Virus record (IMG/VR): IMGVR_UViG_3300021082_000020
Location: 30,959 to 94,958 of that record
Strand: one strand, 5' to 3'
From: a virus
Taxonomy: Duplodnaviria > Caudoviricetes
DNA length: 64,000 bases
Positions 35,153 to 45,540 of the stretch are shown in pieces. A program made the translations under genes and the position numbers. The notes under the pieces are model-generated. The model had not been told where the DNA came from and searched no databases. It saw only the letters and a list, made by a program, of their open reading frames with translations. Position 1 is the first letter of the stretch, and each line of letters opens with the position of its first letter.

Positions 35153-35264
35153 GCGCGCTCGGCATCATCCTCAGCGTGATCAACTACGAAAACGGCAGCG
35201 GCATTGAAGCCGCGATGTCCATGGCCGCGATCATAATCCTGATCGCAACCTTAAGTTTTAACGA

Positions 35265-35657
35265 CTAAGGCTCCGCACGGTTCTGATAAACCGCGTCATG
35301 GCGATCGTGGTAGCCTGGATGGGCGCCGGCCTCACCAATACCCAGCAAACGCCTGGGGTGTGGCCGGCGCAAACGTGAGCTTATGTTAAACCGGGGATAG
35401 CGCCCGGATATACCTGGATGCATGTGCGCCGCTACCTCGACATCGGACTGCGAAACATAACGCCCAGCCCAACTCTCAACGATGTGCTTGATCGGCCGGG
35501 TAACCCGGTGGTTGACCTGGCCGGTTTTTATCTGCGCGTCCAGCCACTGATAAGCAATCCGCACACAATCATCATGCTGGTGCAACGGCTCGAAACTATC
35601 CGCATAGGGTGTGGTCAACTTAGCTTTGGTGATCGCCTCGGAACTCAGCACGGACAC
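35265..35657 (-). CDS. Hypothetical protein
   Basis: 130-aa ORF converging on the early operon. Confidence 0.6.
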   Translation of the reverse strand: MSVLSSEAITKAKLTTPYADSFEPLHQHDDCVRIAYQWLDAQIKTGQVNHRVTRPIKHIVESWAGRYVSQSDVEVAAHMHPGISGRYPRFNISSRLRRPHPRRLLGIGEAGAHPGYHDRHDAVYQNRAEP

Positions 35658-35749
35658 CTCCTAGAGTAACGGGACGATTCGAAATTGAGCACGCCGGCGG
35701 GAAGGGGGCAAGCCGCGCCAAAACATGCCGCCGGCCGGCCGCAAAATGC

Positions 35750-35900
35750 CTGGGTTCTGTGGGTCAGTGAGTTAGCCAGCAATAACTGTATATAAATATA
35801 TATATCTCCAATTATTCTTAGAGAGAGTGACCCACTGACCCATTAGATATAAATCATTGATTTATAACACATTGTTTTGGGTCAGTATGTTGGGTCCGGG
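35750..35900. other. Candidate replication origin
   Basis: AT-rich core, TGGGTC/GACCCA repeats in both orientations, 19-bp palindrome 35848-35866, directly downstream of helicase. Confidence 0.55.
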
Positions 35901-35935
35901 TCCGCTCCGCAACCCGTTTTTCGACGCGCGAGTGA

Positions 35936-37447
35936 CTATTCACCCACCGCATCCTCACTGGGTTCGCTGTTTTCGTTGTTGTCGGGACCCACCGCCTCAC
36001 CCATAACGCTCCGTAATATAGTCTGCGTGGTATCGAGCGTACCCCATTTTGCCGCCTCGATCCGTCGCTCTGTTTCATTCAATGTGTTGGCGGTTTTCGA
36101 CCGCGGCTTGAAGCAGTACAGCCGGTAGCGTTCGCCGTTTACTCGCACCCGGGCCTTGACCGTGCCGGCATTCGGCCGCACCGGCACGCAGTGGTCGTCG
36201 AAGGCGCCAGCGAAGTGTCCGCGCCACTCCCGGCCGCCGCCCATGCGCTCGCCACCACCGTTGAGGTGCCGCTCGACCGCCTGCTCCAGGAACAACCGTG
36301 GGAACACCAAGCCCCGATCGTCATCTTCGGCGAAGTCCTCGAAGATCTCGTCCATATGCGACAGCGCCTTCTCGGCCATCTGGGTCTTGGCTGCGGTTTT
36401 CAGCGGCGTGTACATGTCGAATTGCGACAGGTCGATCTTTTCCAGGTAGCGCGCCAAGGCTGCGATATTGCCCGGCCCGTTGATCCAGGCATTCATGACT
36501 TTGGCTTCGTCCGGTGTCATCGGCAGGCCGTTTTGCAGCACCGAGAACCGCCGATCGTTCTCTGGGATCGGTATGGCATTGCTATGGTTACTGAAGATAA
36601 CTACCGAGCAGTACGATATGCCGTCAAACCGTTTGCCGTATTTGGATTTGAACGATCGCCGCTTTGCTGCCGGGTCGATGCAATTTTTGAGCGCCGTGAA
36701 CATCGATCGTTTTTCATTTTTGCGGTGCGCGTTCGGTGATGTGTGCGCCTCGTCGACAAAGGCGGCGATCCGCTCCGCTTGCCAGTCGGTGTAGACTGCC
36801 TGGCCGGATTCGCCGGTCAGCACGTTGAAGTCCTCGGCTATGGTGTAGGCTTCGCCCAGCAGTTTCATACATACCCGTGCCATCATCCCGCGGCCGGTGC
36901 CGAACTGCCCCTCCCGCGGCCCGCTGTCGCCGTCTGCTACGAACACTGGCGAACAGCCAGGCACCTCAGGCCACTGCCATTTGTGCGACAGCCACTCCAG
37001 CCAATAGTCGTTCTCGTCCACGCCGGGAATGAAACGGTCGAGGAAATCCAGGAAGGTCTGCACCTCCCCTATGTCGGCGTCGGCATGCACCGGCCGGCGG
37101 TAGGTGTTCTTGAACACCTCGCCATCTTCCAGGTAGGTCGGGAAGTTTTTGTCCGGCCGCATATGTATGCCGGCGATACTCTCGCGCCGCGGATGCATCG
37201 CCCAAGCTGTGGTTGCCGACAGCTTCTTCGGCTTGCCGGTTTGTTGCGGTTGCAGCTCGAACCAGGCCGCGTACTCGGTTTCAAACGCTTTGAGCCGCAT
37301 GCTGCAATTGACGCTCGGCTCATACAGCATCACCACCTGGTCACCCCGGGCATCAAAACCATGCGTGCGTACCAGCCACTCGATCTTGTCCTTGAGCGGA
37401 TCCGCATCCTTCGGCTTCATCGGCACAGGCTTAGAAAACGTTACCAT
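35936..37447 (-). CDS. Primase-associated SF3-like helicase
   Basis: GQFGTGRG Walker A variant, FVDE Walker B, FSNH...DRRF. Confidence 0.75.
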   Translation of the reverse strand: MVTFSKPVPMKPKDADPLKDKIEWLVRTHGFDARGDQVVMLYEPSVNCSMRLKAFETEYAAWFELQPQQTGKPKKLSATTAWAMHPRRESIAGIHMRPDKNFPTYLEDGEVFKNTYRRPVHADADIGEVQTFLDFLDRFIPGVDENDYWLEWLSHKWQWPEVPGCSPVFVADGDSGPREGQFGTGRGMMARVCMKLLGEAYTIAEDFNVLTGESGQAVYTDWQAERIAAFVDEAHTSPNAHRKNEKRSMFTALKNCIDPAAKRRSFKSKYGKRFDGISYCSVVIFSNHSNAIPIPENDRRFSVLQNGLPMTPDEAKVMNAWINGPGNIAALARYLEKIDLSQFDMYTPLKTAAKTQMAEKALSHMDEIFEDFAEDDDRGLVFPRLFLEQAVERHLNGGGERMGGGREWRGHFAGAFDDHCVPVRPNAGTVKARVRVNGERYRLYCFKPRSKTANTLNETERRIEAAKWGTLDTTQTILRSVMGEAVGPDNNENSEPSEDAVGE

Positions 37448-37450
37448 CGG

Positions 37451-38422
37451 TTACCCCTCCCACGATTGCTTGAAATCCTGCGCTACCTCGAACAGTTGCT
37501 TTTGCAGTTCGGTATCTTCGGCCGGCGACAGCGATTCCCAGCGGTGCGACACACCCGTCTTGGTGTCCCAAAGCGTCAAGCCTGCGCCACCTGAGCGGTT
37601 GACCAGCACACGATCGCGGGTCTTGGATTCTTTATCCCAGATGTTGGCGTAGCCTTTGATCCGCGTCACACCGGCGCGCTTCTCGAGCTCGGACAATTTG
37701 ATTTGCTCGCCATCCGACAGCATCATCACGTCATCTGGCTTGAGATCATACACCCGATCGCCCGGCAGATGCGTGTGCTCGGGTTTGATTTGCGGAAGCC
37801 CAAGGTCGACCATCACCTGTTCGCATTCGCCGATCATCGACGGGATGTCGATCTCGGGAAACCATGGTAACGATTGCAGTGGCGCCTCGAGGATTGAGCG
37901 GCCCTGGTAGCCGTAGATACGACCTGGCGAGTGATAACCATGTACCGCGACATACCGTTTGTCGTTGCCGGTGAAGTATTCGACCAGGTGCGGTTTGTCC
38001 TCATTGGATTTAAACCGCGCTGTCCAGCGCCGCTTGTGGGCGGTAGCGCACTGGCCGATCAAGGCCAGTGTGGTGCTGCCGGAGGTCCGCCGCAGGCACT
38101 CGGCCATGAAATCCGGCCAGTGCTGCGCGAGTTTCCGCATCAACTCCTGCCGCACTTTCAGGTCGCGCACGTCGAGGTCGATGATGAAACAACTGGATCC
38201 GAACATGCGGATGCCGGCGGTTTTGCCGCTCCATCGCTCGATCGCATCGTCGTCATTGGGTTGTTTCGGCCAGCCGCGGAATGGCCCGTCGCGGCCGCGT
38301 AGCGGAATAACATCGTAGCCATTATCGCGGATTTTACGCCATATGTGCCGGTAGGCGTGTGCCGGTTTCGGCTGCAGGGGTATCTCTTGCGCCGGCTGTT
38401 CGGGATGGTATTGATTGGACAC
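37451..38422 (-). CDS. Bifunctional primase-polymerase (Prim-Pol) domain protein
   Basis: NGY.VIP, GI......IDLDV, YVAVHG.H motifs. Confidence 0.75.
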   Translation of the reverse strand: MSNQYHPEQPAQEIPLQPKPAHAYRHIWRKIRDNGYDVIPLRGRDGPFRGWPKQPNDDDAIERWSGKTAGIRMFGSSCFIIDLDVRDLKVRQELMRKLAQHWPDFMAECLRRTSGSTTLALIGQCATAHKRRWTARFKSNEDKPHLVEYFTGNDKRYVAVHGYHSPGRIYGYQGRSILEAPLQSLPWFPEIDIPSMIGECEQVMVDLGLPQIKPEHTHLPGDRVYDLKPDDVMMLSDGEQIKLSELEKRAGVTRIKGYANIWDKESKTRDRVLVNRSGGAGLTLWDTKTGVSHRWESLSPAEDTELQKQLFEVAQDFKQSWEG

Positions 38423-38488
38423 TGGTTTAATCCTTTGTTGGGTTGCGCTGGTCGCCTAGGGATGGGCGTGATACTGAGACTGTGACTT

Positions 38489-38517
38489 GGCCGGCAGGGT
38501 TTCGCCCCCTGCCGGCC
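38489..38517. terminator. 11-bp GC stem-loop between VRR-NUC and primase
   Basis: GGCCGGCAGGG...CCCTGCCGGCC; no clear U-tract. Confidence 0.4.
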
Positions 38518-38519
38518 GT

Positions 38520-38810
38520 TTACATTTTCAGTAGGTGGTCAATATCCGCTGAGTTCTTCACGATCGCAACCGCTACCCCTAGTGTGGCGAACCGCTCATG
38601 CCACAACATCTGGTGTTTTGCGGTCCGGCCGCCCTTCGGCCGCTTCACTTCGACGAACACCACGCGACCGCCGGGCAGGGTTACCAAGCGGTCAAAGAAT
38701 CCTCTCCGCCCCAACACGGTGACTTTGACGCATTCGCCACCAGCACCTTCGACGCGGGTGCGCAGTTCGTGTTCGATTTTATTCTCTTTCACAGATAATT
38801 TGACAGCCAT
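38520..38810 (-). CDS. VRR-NUC domain nuclease
   Basis: E..IE..L, G..DR......G...FVEVK...G.....Q. Confidence 0.85.
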   Translation of the reverse strand: MAVKLSVKENKIEHELRTRVEGAGGECVKVTVLGRRGFFDRLVTLPGGRVVFVEVKRPKGGRTAKHQMLWHERFATLGVAVAIVKNSADIDHLLKM

Positions 38811-38856
38811 TGGAATCTATGTCCTCTTGTGTGCAGCAAACAGAACTGAGGATAAC

Positions 38857-40119
38857 ATGACCAAACACTCCACCGTCGTCGGCGGCTCGACCGCCGAGCG
38901 TTTAATTAATTGCCCCGGCAGTTTCAAACTGCTGCAACAGATCCCCGAGCAGATCGAACAGCCCAGCGAATATGCGAATTATGGCTCGGCCATGCACGCT
39001 GCCATGGACAGTTTGATGGCGCGTTATGCCGAAGGGTTTCCACCCTCTGTCACCATGATGCTTGAAGACGCCGAGACCATGCTCGGTGAGACTTTCTATG
39101 ACCGCGTGCTCGAGCAGCACCACCTCGATGATTCGATCTTTCCAGCGATCGACACGTTGTATGAGCTGATGAAGGAATACGGCAATGGCTTTCATGTCGC
39201 TGCCAACGAACTAAAAGTGAAATTTCCTGGTATTCCTGGGGCTTTCGGCACCGCCGATTTGTTGCTGGCGAATAAAAAGTTCGTGTTGCTGGTCGACTGG
39301 AAATTCGGCGCCGGCGTGCCGGTCAAGGCAGTCTATAAAGATGAGCACGGCGAGAAGGTTAACGCGCAGTTGTTGTTCTATTTCGCCGGCGCCATGGAGG
39401 AGCTGCCCTCCATGTTCAATAAGAAACGCTATGTGGTTGCGGTGATCCAGCCGCGCACCACCGAGCGGCTCACTCACACCATCATCACCCGCACTGAGGT
39501 GGACATGTTCATCGAGGACATGGACCTCGCCATTGTTTCGGCGCTCGGCAAGAACCCGCCACTGCATGCCGGCGAGTATTGCCGCTGGTGTCCGGCTCGG
39601 CCGTTTTGCCCTGAGCACACGCAGCCGCTGTTTGATTTGGTCGGCATGGAAATCGCGCCAGCGCAGTTGGCGGCGTCTGTGGTCGATGATGGCAATTCGG
39701 CTGTTTATGGTGAGTTTTTAGCTAAGGCCAAATATCTAGCCGACCTCGCCGCTGACTACCAAAAGCAGGTGGACGAAGCGATCCACAGTTATCTGACCAA
39801 CGGCGGCACCGTGCCGGGCTGGAAGCTGAAGCAGAAAACCAAGCAGCGCCAGTGGATTGATAGCGACACGGTGGCGTTCAATTTGAAACGATTAGGTTTT
39901 GCCGAGGAAGATATCTGGCAGGACAAGCTGCAGACCTTCGGCCACACCGACCGGGTTGCCAAAAAGCTCGGCGTCAAGATCCCCGACACGCTGCGCGCCG
40001 CCCCCGAAACTGATGAGACCGTGATTGCGCCGGAGAGTGATCCGGCGCCTGCGATCGATCGCGCCAAGGCCCAGGAGGAGTTTGCCGCGGCGCTTCGCCA
40101 ATTGCGACACGAACAGTGA
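38857..40119 (+). CDS. DUF2800/Cas4-like PD-(D/E)XK exonuclease
   Basis: S.A.R...CPGS, FGTAD, DWKFG.G, QL..Y, C.WCP....C. Confidence 0.85.
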   Translation: MTKHSTVVGGSTAERLINCPGSFKLLQQIPEQIEQPSEYANYGSAMHAAMDSLMARYAEGFPPSVTMMLEDAETMLGETFYDRVLEQHHLDDSIFPAIDTLYELMKEYGNGFHVAANELKVKFPGIPGAFGTADLLLANKKFVLLVDWKFGAGVPVKAVYKDEHGEKVNAQLLFYFAGAMEELPSMFNKKRYVVAVIQPRTTERLTHTIITRTEVDMFIEDMDLAIVSALGKNPPLHAGEYCRWCPARPFCPEHTQPLFDLVGMEIAPAQLAASVVDDGNSAVYGEFLAKAKYLADLAADYQKQVDEAIHSYLTNGGTVPGWKLKQKTKQRQWIDSDTVAFNLKRLGFAEEDIWQDKLQTFGHTDRVAKKLGVKIPDTLRAAPETDETVIAPESDPAPAIDRAKAQEEFAAALRQLRHEQ

Positions 40120-40192
40120 TCGTGTAGCAAGATCTGGCCGGTACGAACCCACCGCCGGTCACCTGTAACTGAACTCAGAAGGACACGCGAAA

Positions 40193-40987
40193 ATGAACGA
40201 CATCGTAAAACGCAATCTCGGCTCTACCTCTTTATCCCTGCCTGACGACCTTGCCGACCGCCTGCTGGCTGGCATCGAAGACAGCCAAGCCACCACCATG
40301 GTGGCCGGCGGCGGCAAGGATTTAATCAAGCTTTCTAAAAATGACGGTACCTGGAATATCGGCCAGGCCGACGAGCCGATGCAGGTCGGTTCGAAGTGGT
40401 GGATCAATCTGTTGTCGATCTGCCACGGCTTCATTTGCTGGTCGAACTATCAAGGCACCAGGAAGAATGAGCGACTCGGTGAAGTGATGGTGCCGATGTA
40501 TGAGCCCAAGCCGCCAAAGCCCGGGCCGATCGAAGGCTTTCCGTTCCAGGAGCAGCGTTCGTTCGAAGCAACGTGCCTCAACGGCGAAGACGCCGGCGCC
40601 GAGGTGCAGTTCAAGAACGGCAGCGTCGGCACACTCAAGGGCTTCAAAAAGCTCGAGGATGCCGTGAAGGCACAGCTTAAGAGTGACCGTCGCTATCCCT
40701 GCCCGGTGATCCAATTTAAGTCGGAAAAATACAAGCATTCCGACTACGGCTGGATCCACAACCCGATCTTCGAAGTGGTCGATTGGGCCGATATGCAGGG
40801 CAACCTGAAGTCGGATGGCACCAAGACGCCGGGACCGGAGCCGAAGCCGGCGCCGGCCGCGGCGGCGGCGCCTCGGCCACGTACCAAGCCGGCGTTGGTT
40901 GATGACGCGCCGGATACGGTGCCACAGGACGAGCCTGAGGCGGCGCCTGTGCGTCCGGCGCAGCGTCGGCGGCCACCGGCCGCCTAA
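40193..40987 (+). CDS. Putative ssDNA-binding protein
   Basis: Between exonuclease and PolA; Y.H..YG.I..P.F....W motif; low-complexity tail. Confidence 0.6.
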   Translation: MNDIVKRNLGSTSLSLPDDLADRLLAGIEDSQATTMVAGGGKDLIKLSKNDGTWNIGQADEPMQVGSKWWINLLSICHGFICWSNYQGTRKNERLGEVMVPMYEPKPPKPGPIEGFPFQEQRSFEATCLNGEDAGAEVQFKNGSVGTLKGFKKLEDAVKAQLKSDRRYPCPVIQFKSEKYKHSDYGWIHNPIFEVVDWADMQGNLKSDGTKTPGPEPKPAPAAAAAPRPRTKPALVDDAPDTVPQDEPEAAPVRPAQRRRPPAA

Positions 40988-41003
40988 CTGCCGGTAAACT
41001 TAA

Positions 41004-41027
41004 CCCAGGCCCTTCCCAGGGCCTGGG
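41004..41027 (+). terminator. 10-bp stem-loop after SSB-like gene
   Basis: CCCAGGCCCT-tccc-AGGGCCTGGG. Confidence 0.5.
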
Positions 41028-41058
41028 CCTTCCCTTCCATCCCGGGGAATGCTGTCCC

Positions 41059-43218
41059 ATGGCTGCGCGCACCTTCGATTCCGAGAAGATTTGCTGGTTC
41101 GATTTCGAGACCAAGTCCGGCGAAGACCTGACCAAGGCCGGCGCCACTCGCTACGCCTGCGATCGCGATGCTGCGGCGATCATCCTGACCTACGCGATCG
41201 GCCACGGGCCGGTGCGGTTGATCACGGCGCCGCGGGCCGCGAATTGGGCCTTGTCCTGGCACCATCTGCCGTTGGATTTCACCGAGTTCTATTATCGGGT
41301 TGAGCTCAGCCCGGCGCATGGCGTCTTTGCCGCGTTCAATGCCGGGTTTGATCGAAACGTCTGGAATTTTGCGTTGCGCGATGCGCCGCAGCTGTTCCCG
41401 GACATGTGCATCGACCCATCGGTGCAAGCGACCGCGGCCGGCCTGCCGCCGGACTTGGCTGGCGCCTGCAAGGCCAGCGGATCCACCGCCAAGGTCGAAG
41501 ACGGTAACGTCTATATCAAGTTGTTCTGCATGCCGGATTCGACGGCTACGCCGCAGAGCCACCCGGCAGAGTGGGCTAAGTTTTGCGCCTATGCGATCGG
41601 TGACATTGAGGCCATGCGCAGCCTGTTCTTGCGCACCCGGCAACTGCCGTTGCGTGAGTGGCAGGAGTATTGGGCTGCCGAATTTATCAATGACCGTGGC
41701 ATTGGCGTTGATGTGAAGTTCGCCAGGAAGGCGGCCCGGCTGGCCGGCCATGCCAAGCACCGCGCCGGCAACGAGCTGCGCGAGATTACCGACGGCGCTG
41801 TTACCACTGTCGGCCAGGTCAAGCAGTTAACCCAATGGCTGCTGCATCGGCTGCCGGATGAAGGCGTCGATATGCTAATCAAGCGGGAGGAGGAGGAAGC
41901 CGACGATGGCACGATCGTCCGGCCGGCCAAGTATTCCTTGACCCGCTCGCGAATCGAGAAACTGATCCCCTATTGCGCGGCGATCGGCCACCACCAGGAG
42001 ATGCGGGCGCTGCAGATCCGCTTGTATGGCGGGTCGACCACACCGGCCAAGTATTCGAAGATTCTCGCTCAAGAGGTCGATGACACGGTCTATGGGCAGT
42101 ATGTGTTCAATGGCGCGCCGCAGACCGGGCGTTTTTCCTCCCGCGGCGTGCAGATCCAGAACCTGGCGCGGAGCTTTTTACCTTACGAGCACGATGCGAT
42201 CGAGGCGATCCTCAACGGCGCCGATTATGACGAATTGGCCCAATTCGGCGACGATACGCCGGTGTTGCGCAAGCTGGCGTTGCTGATTCGGCCCACCTTC
42301 GTTCCCAAAGGAACGAATCAGTTCGTGGTCAGTGACTTCGCGCAAATTGAGGCGAGGATTTTGCCGTGGTTGGTTGGCGCCGATTCTGCAGGCGCCCAGA
42401 AGCGGCTGCAGATCTTCCGCGATGTCGACGAGAACCCGAAGTTGCCGGATCTCTATACCCGGACGGCTGCGGATATCTCCGGCATTAAGCAGCTCGGCGA
42501 GGTGACCAAGGCGCTGCGGCAGCGTGGCAAAGTGGCCGAGCTCGCGCTCGGCTTCGGCGGCGGGGTCGGCGCCTTGGCCAACATGGGTGCAAATTACGGG
42601 CTTTATTTGCCGCACCACGAAGCTAAGGAGTTGGTCCAACTGTGGCGCGAAGCCAACCCCTGGTGCGTTCGGTTCTGGGGCCGGCATGACGCGGATTCGT
42701 CTTATGGCTTGTGGGGCGCCGCCAACCGGGCGCTCGAGCAGCCTGGCACAGCCCAGATTGCTGGCCGGGTCGCTTACGTCTACCTGCCGCAAATCCTCAA
42801 AGGCACGCTGTACTGCCAACTACCATCCGGCCGCTGTCTGGCCTACCGCGGTATCAAATACGAGAAAGTTGACGATCTGGATGAGGACGACAACGTCATC
42901 GGTCAGTCGGTCCAGCTGCGGTTCTGGAAAGGTCATTCTCGCGCCAAGATCTGGCATGGAATTTTTTGTGAGAATGTAGTGCAGGCGACCGCCGCGGATA
43001 TCTTGCGCGGCACCTTGGTGCGGCTCGAGCAGGCCGGCATGGGCGTCAGGCTGCATTCCCATGACGAGGTGTTGATCGAGTGTGCCGAGGCGGACGTGCC
43101 GGGCGTGGCGAACTCGTTGCGCTACATCATGCGCAAAGGCTTCGATTGGACTGACGGTTTGCCGCTGATGTCGGAGGAGACCATTCAATCCTACTATTCG
43201 AAGTGGGAGGGCAAGTGA
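41059..43218 (+). CDS. polA: Family A DNA polymerase (APSE-type) with 3'-5' exonuclease
   Basis: DFET, FNA.FDR, TGRFSS...Q.QNL, SDFAQIEAR, RQRGK, HDEV. Confidence 0.95.
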   Translation: MAARTFDSEKICWFDFETKSGEDLTKAGATRYACDRDAAAIILTYAIGHGPVRLITAPRAANWALSWHHLPLDFTEFYYRVELSPAHGVFAAFNAGFDRNVWNFALRDAPQLFPDMCIDPSVQATAAGLPPDLAGACKASGSTAKVEDGNVYIKLFCMPDSTATPQSHPAEWAKFCAYAIGDIEAMRSLFLRTRQLPLREWQEYWAAEFINDRGIGVDVKFARKAARLAGHAKHRAGNELREITDGAVTTVGQVKQLTQWLLHRLPDEGVDMLIKREEEEADDGTIVRPAKYSLTRSRIEKLIPYCAAIGHHQEMRALQIRLYGGSTTPAKYSKILAQEVDDTVYGQYVFNGAPQTGRFSSRGVQIQNLARSFLPYEHDAIEAILNGADYDELAQFGDDTPVLRKLALLIRPTFVPKGTNQFVVSDFAQIEARILPWLVGADSAGAQKRLQIFRDVDENPKLPDLYTRTAADISGIKQLGEVTKALRQRGKVAELALGFGGGVGALANMGANYGLYLPHHEAKELVQLWREANPWCVRFWGRHDADSSYGLWGAANRALEQPGTAQIAGRVAYVYLPQILKGTLYCQLPSGRCLAYRGIKYEKVDDLDEDDNVIGQSVQLRFWKGHSRAKIWHGIFCENVVQATAADILRGTLVRLEQAGMGVRLHSHDEVLIECAEADVPGVANSLRYIMRKGFDWTDGLPLMSEETIQSYYSKWEGK

Positions 43219-43649
43219 TGGTCGCCTCAACCAAAGTCCGGCCTTTGCCAGTGTCGGTACGCTCGCGGCTCGACAAGCTGATGCTGATGCTGGGTTCCGC
43301 CCACGATGGCGAGCGCGCATCGGCCGCCGGCATGATCACTAATTTGCTGCGCGAGCACGGCCTTGATTGGCACGATGTGGTTGGCTCGATCGGCCAGCCG
43401 GTGCCTGGATCGGCAACGTCGCCAAAGCCACCACCAACTCAGTCGAAATCGCCATCGGGCGGGCAGACCATGACCGCGGATGAGCTTAGACAGTTGGTGC
43501 ATGTGATTTTGCGCAGTCCTCTGAACGAGCGGGCGCGGCAGTTTCTGGCCGGCATGATGGACCGCGCCGACATTTATGACGTGGTCTATTTTTCCGACAA
43601 GCAGTGGCACTGGATCCGCGACCTGGCGCGAAGGGCGGGTGCAATATGA
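43218..43649 (+). CDS. Hypothetical protein
   Basis: LGS.HDGE...A and S.KQ..W motifs; coupled to polA. Confidence 0.7.
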   Translation: MVASTKVRPLPVSVRSRLDKLMLMLGSAHDGERASAAGMITNLLREHGLDWHDVVGSIGQPVPGSATSPKPPPTQSKSPSGGQTMTADELRQLVHVILRSPLNERARQFLAGMMDRADIYDVVYFSDKQWHWIRDLARRAGAI

Positions 43650-44134
43650 AATACCCAGACGAGCCTGGATTTAAAGAAGGAGACACATCGCGCGAAGCGG
43701 CCGAGAGCATGAGCCTGCGCGCCATCAAGTTGCGGAAGCTGTGTTACGATTTAATACGCAAATATCCTGGCCACACCGCTGACGAGATCGCTGACCTGGT
43801 GGGCGAAAGCCTGCTGGCGATCAGGCCGCGCATCTCCGAGCTGCGGCGTATGCAATACGTTCGTAACCACGGACGCGGCAGCAACCGTTCCGGTATGGCG
43901 GCCCACCGCTGGGTGGTCTGCGAGGATGTGGATGTAACGGCGGCGGCAATTGATGAAAGATGGGCGGACCTGCGGAGGGACAGTGCCAGGCAGATCCGAC
44001 GGCGCTACGTCGCGGCCCTTAATGTGTTCATGGATCGTATCGAGTGCGGCGACAAGAACGCCGTCGGAGAACTTAAGGCCGAGCTGGATGAGATGCGGGT
44101 GGTGCTGGATCAATCGTACGAATGGGTGCAATAG
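43646..44134 (+). CDS. Winged-HTH-like protein
   Basis: TS..AA, TADEIA......L..RPR.SEL. Confidence 0.65.
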   Translation: MKYPDEPGFKEGDTSREAAESMSLRAIKLRKLCYDLIRKYPGHTADEIADLVGESLLAIRPRISELRRMQYVRNHGRGSNRSGMAAHRWVVCEDVDVTAAAIDERWADLRRDSARQIRRRYVAALNVFMDRIECGDKNAVGELKAELDEMRVVLDQSYEWVQ

Positions 44135-44136
44135 CG

Positions 44137-45540
44137 ATGCGCGAGAAATCAGAGCTGCGGCCCTACCAGCATCGTATTGCTACGGCGCTTTACGAGTCCG
44201 ACGAGAAGATCGCGGTAGCGCGGCCGGGCGGTGGCAAGACCGTCGCGGCGTTGACCGCGATCGAGGAGCTGTTCCGCGACGGTCATGTCCGGCATGTGTT
44301 GGTGATCGCACCCAAGCGCGTGGCGCGCATTGTCTGGCCGGACGAAATCAAGGAATGGGCGCATACCCAGAAGCTGACCTACCAAGTGCTCACTGGCACG
44401 CCGAAGCAGCGCGCCGACATGCTCGGCCAGGCTGTTAAATTCAACATCACCATTGTCGGTCTTGACGTGGTGCAGTGGCTGCTCGACGAGCTGCAGCCCT
44501 ATCCCGATGAGCACCCGCTGTTCGATTTGCTGGTGATCGACGAGGTATCACGGTTGCGCAATCCATCCGGCGTGCGAGCTCGCAAACTGCTGCGCCACGC
44601 CAAACGCTGGCGCATGATCTGGGGCTTGACCGGCACGTTGCGGCCGTCAGGGGCCGAAGATCTGTTCATGCCGGCTACGGTGGTAACCCGTGCCAAGCTT
44701 TGGGGTAAGTCGTTCTACGGCTGGCGCAGCAAGCGGTTCTATGCGGTTGATTACCAGGGCTACACATGGGCGCCGCTGCCGGGTGCGGAGGAAGTCATTA
44801 ACAAGGAGATCGCACCGCTTTGCGTGTCCCTGCGCAACGACGAGCTGCCGCAGCTGCCGGAACTTCTTATCCTGTTCGATCGGGTAGAGCTGCCGACCGA
44901 CGCCCGTAAGCAGTACGAAGACATGGAAGAGCATCTCGCGCTGCGAAACGGCGATGCCGTCGTCTTGGCTGCCTCGGCCGCTGTCGCCACAGGTAAGCTT
45001 GCGCAGATCGCCAACGGTTTTGTCTATGATAACGGTGTGACCCACCGGATCCATCCGGAAAAGGAGCAGTGGGCAGAGGACATCATTGACGATGCCGATG
45101 GGCCGGTGCTGTTCATCTACGAATATCGCCAGGATTTGGAAATGCTTCGTGGGCTGCTCGGCGAGGGTCTTCCGTATCTCGGTGACGGGGTCACCGACAA
45201 GGTATCTGATCACAACATCACCCAATGGAACGCGGGTAATCTACCGTTTATGGCGATGCACCCAGCAAGTGGCGGACATGGTTTGAACTTGCAACACGGC
45301 GGCTGCGACATGGCGTGGATCTCCCCCACCTGGTCTCCTGAGATGTGGGAACAAACAATCGCTCGCTTGTATCGTTCCGGCCAATCTAAGCCGGTCGTGG
45401 TCCGTGTCTGTATGGCACATAACACAGTGGACCAAATGAAGATCGATCGGGTGCATAGAAAAATGACGGCGCAAGAGGCGTTCGAAGCCTACCTGCGCCG
45501 TCATGAAGTCGTAAGGGATCGTCAACAGGTTAAAGCGTAG
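44137..45540 (+). CDS. SNF2-family helicase
   Basis: LRPYQ, PGGGKT, VIDE, LTGT, HPAS.GHGLNLQ, Q...RL.R.GQ. Confidence 0.92.
   Translation: MREKSELRPYQHRIATALYESDEKIAVARPGGGKTVAALTAIEELFRDGHVRHVLVIAPKRVARIVWPDEIKEWAHTQKLTYQVLTGTPKQRADMLGQAVKFNITIVGLDVVQWLLDELQPYPDEHPLFDLLVIDEVSRLRNPSGVRARKLLRHAKRWRMIWGLTGTLRPSGAEDLFMPATVVTRAKLWGKSFYGWRSKRFYAVDYQGYTWAPLPGAEEVINKEIAPLCVSLRNDELPQLPELLILFDRVELPTDARKQYEDMEEHLALRNGDAVVLAASAAVATGKLAQIANGFVYDNGVTHRIHPEKEQWAEDIIDDADGPVLFIYEYRQDLEMLRGLLGEGLPYLGDGVTDKVSDHNITQWNAGNLPFMAMHPASGGHGLNLQHGGCDMAWISPTWSPEMWEQTIARLYRSGQSKPVVVRVCMAHNTVDQMKIDRVHRKMTAQEAFEAYLRRHEVVRDRQQVKA

Noticed and set aside
38857-40119. Cas4-like gene as evidence of CRISPR-Cas
   Set aside because: Standard phage replication-module exonuclease; no array or other cas genes
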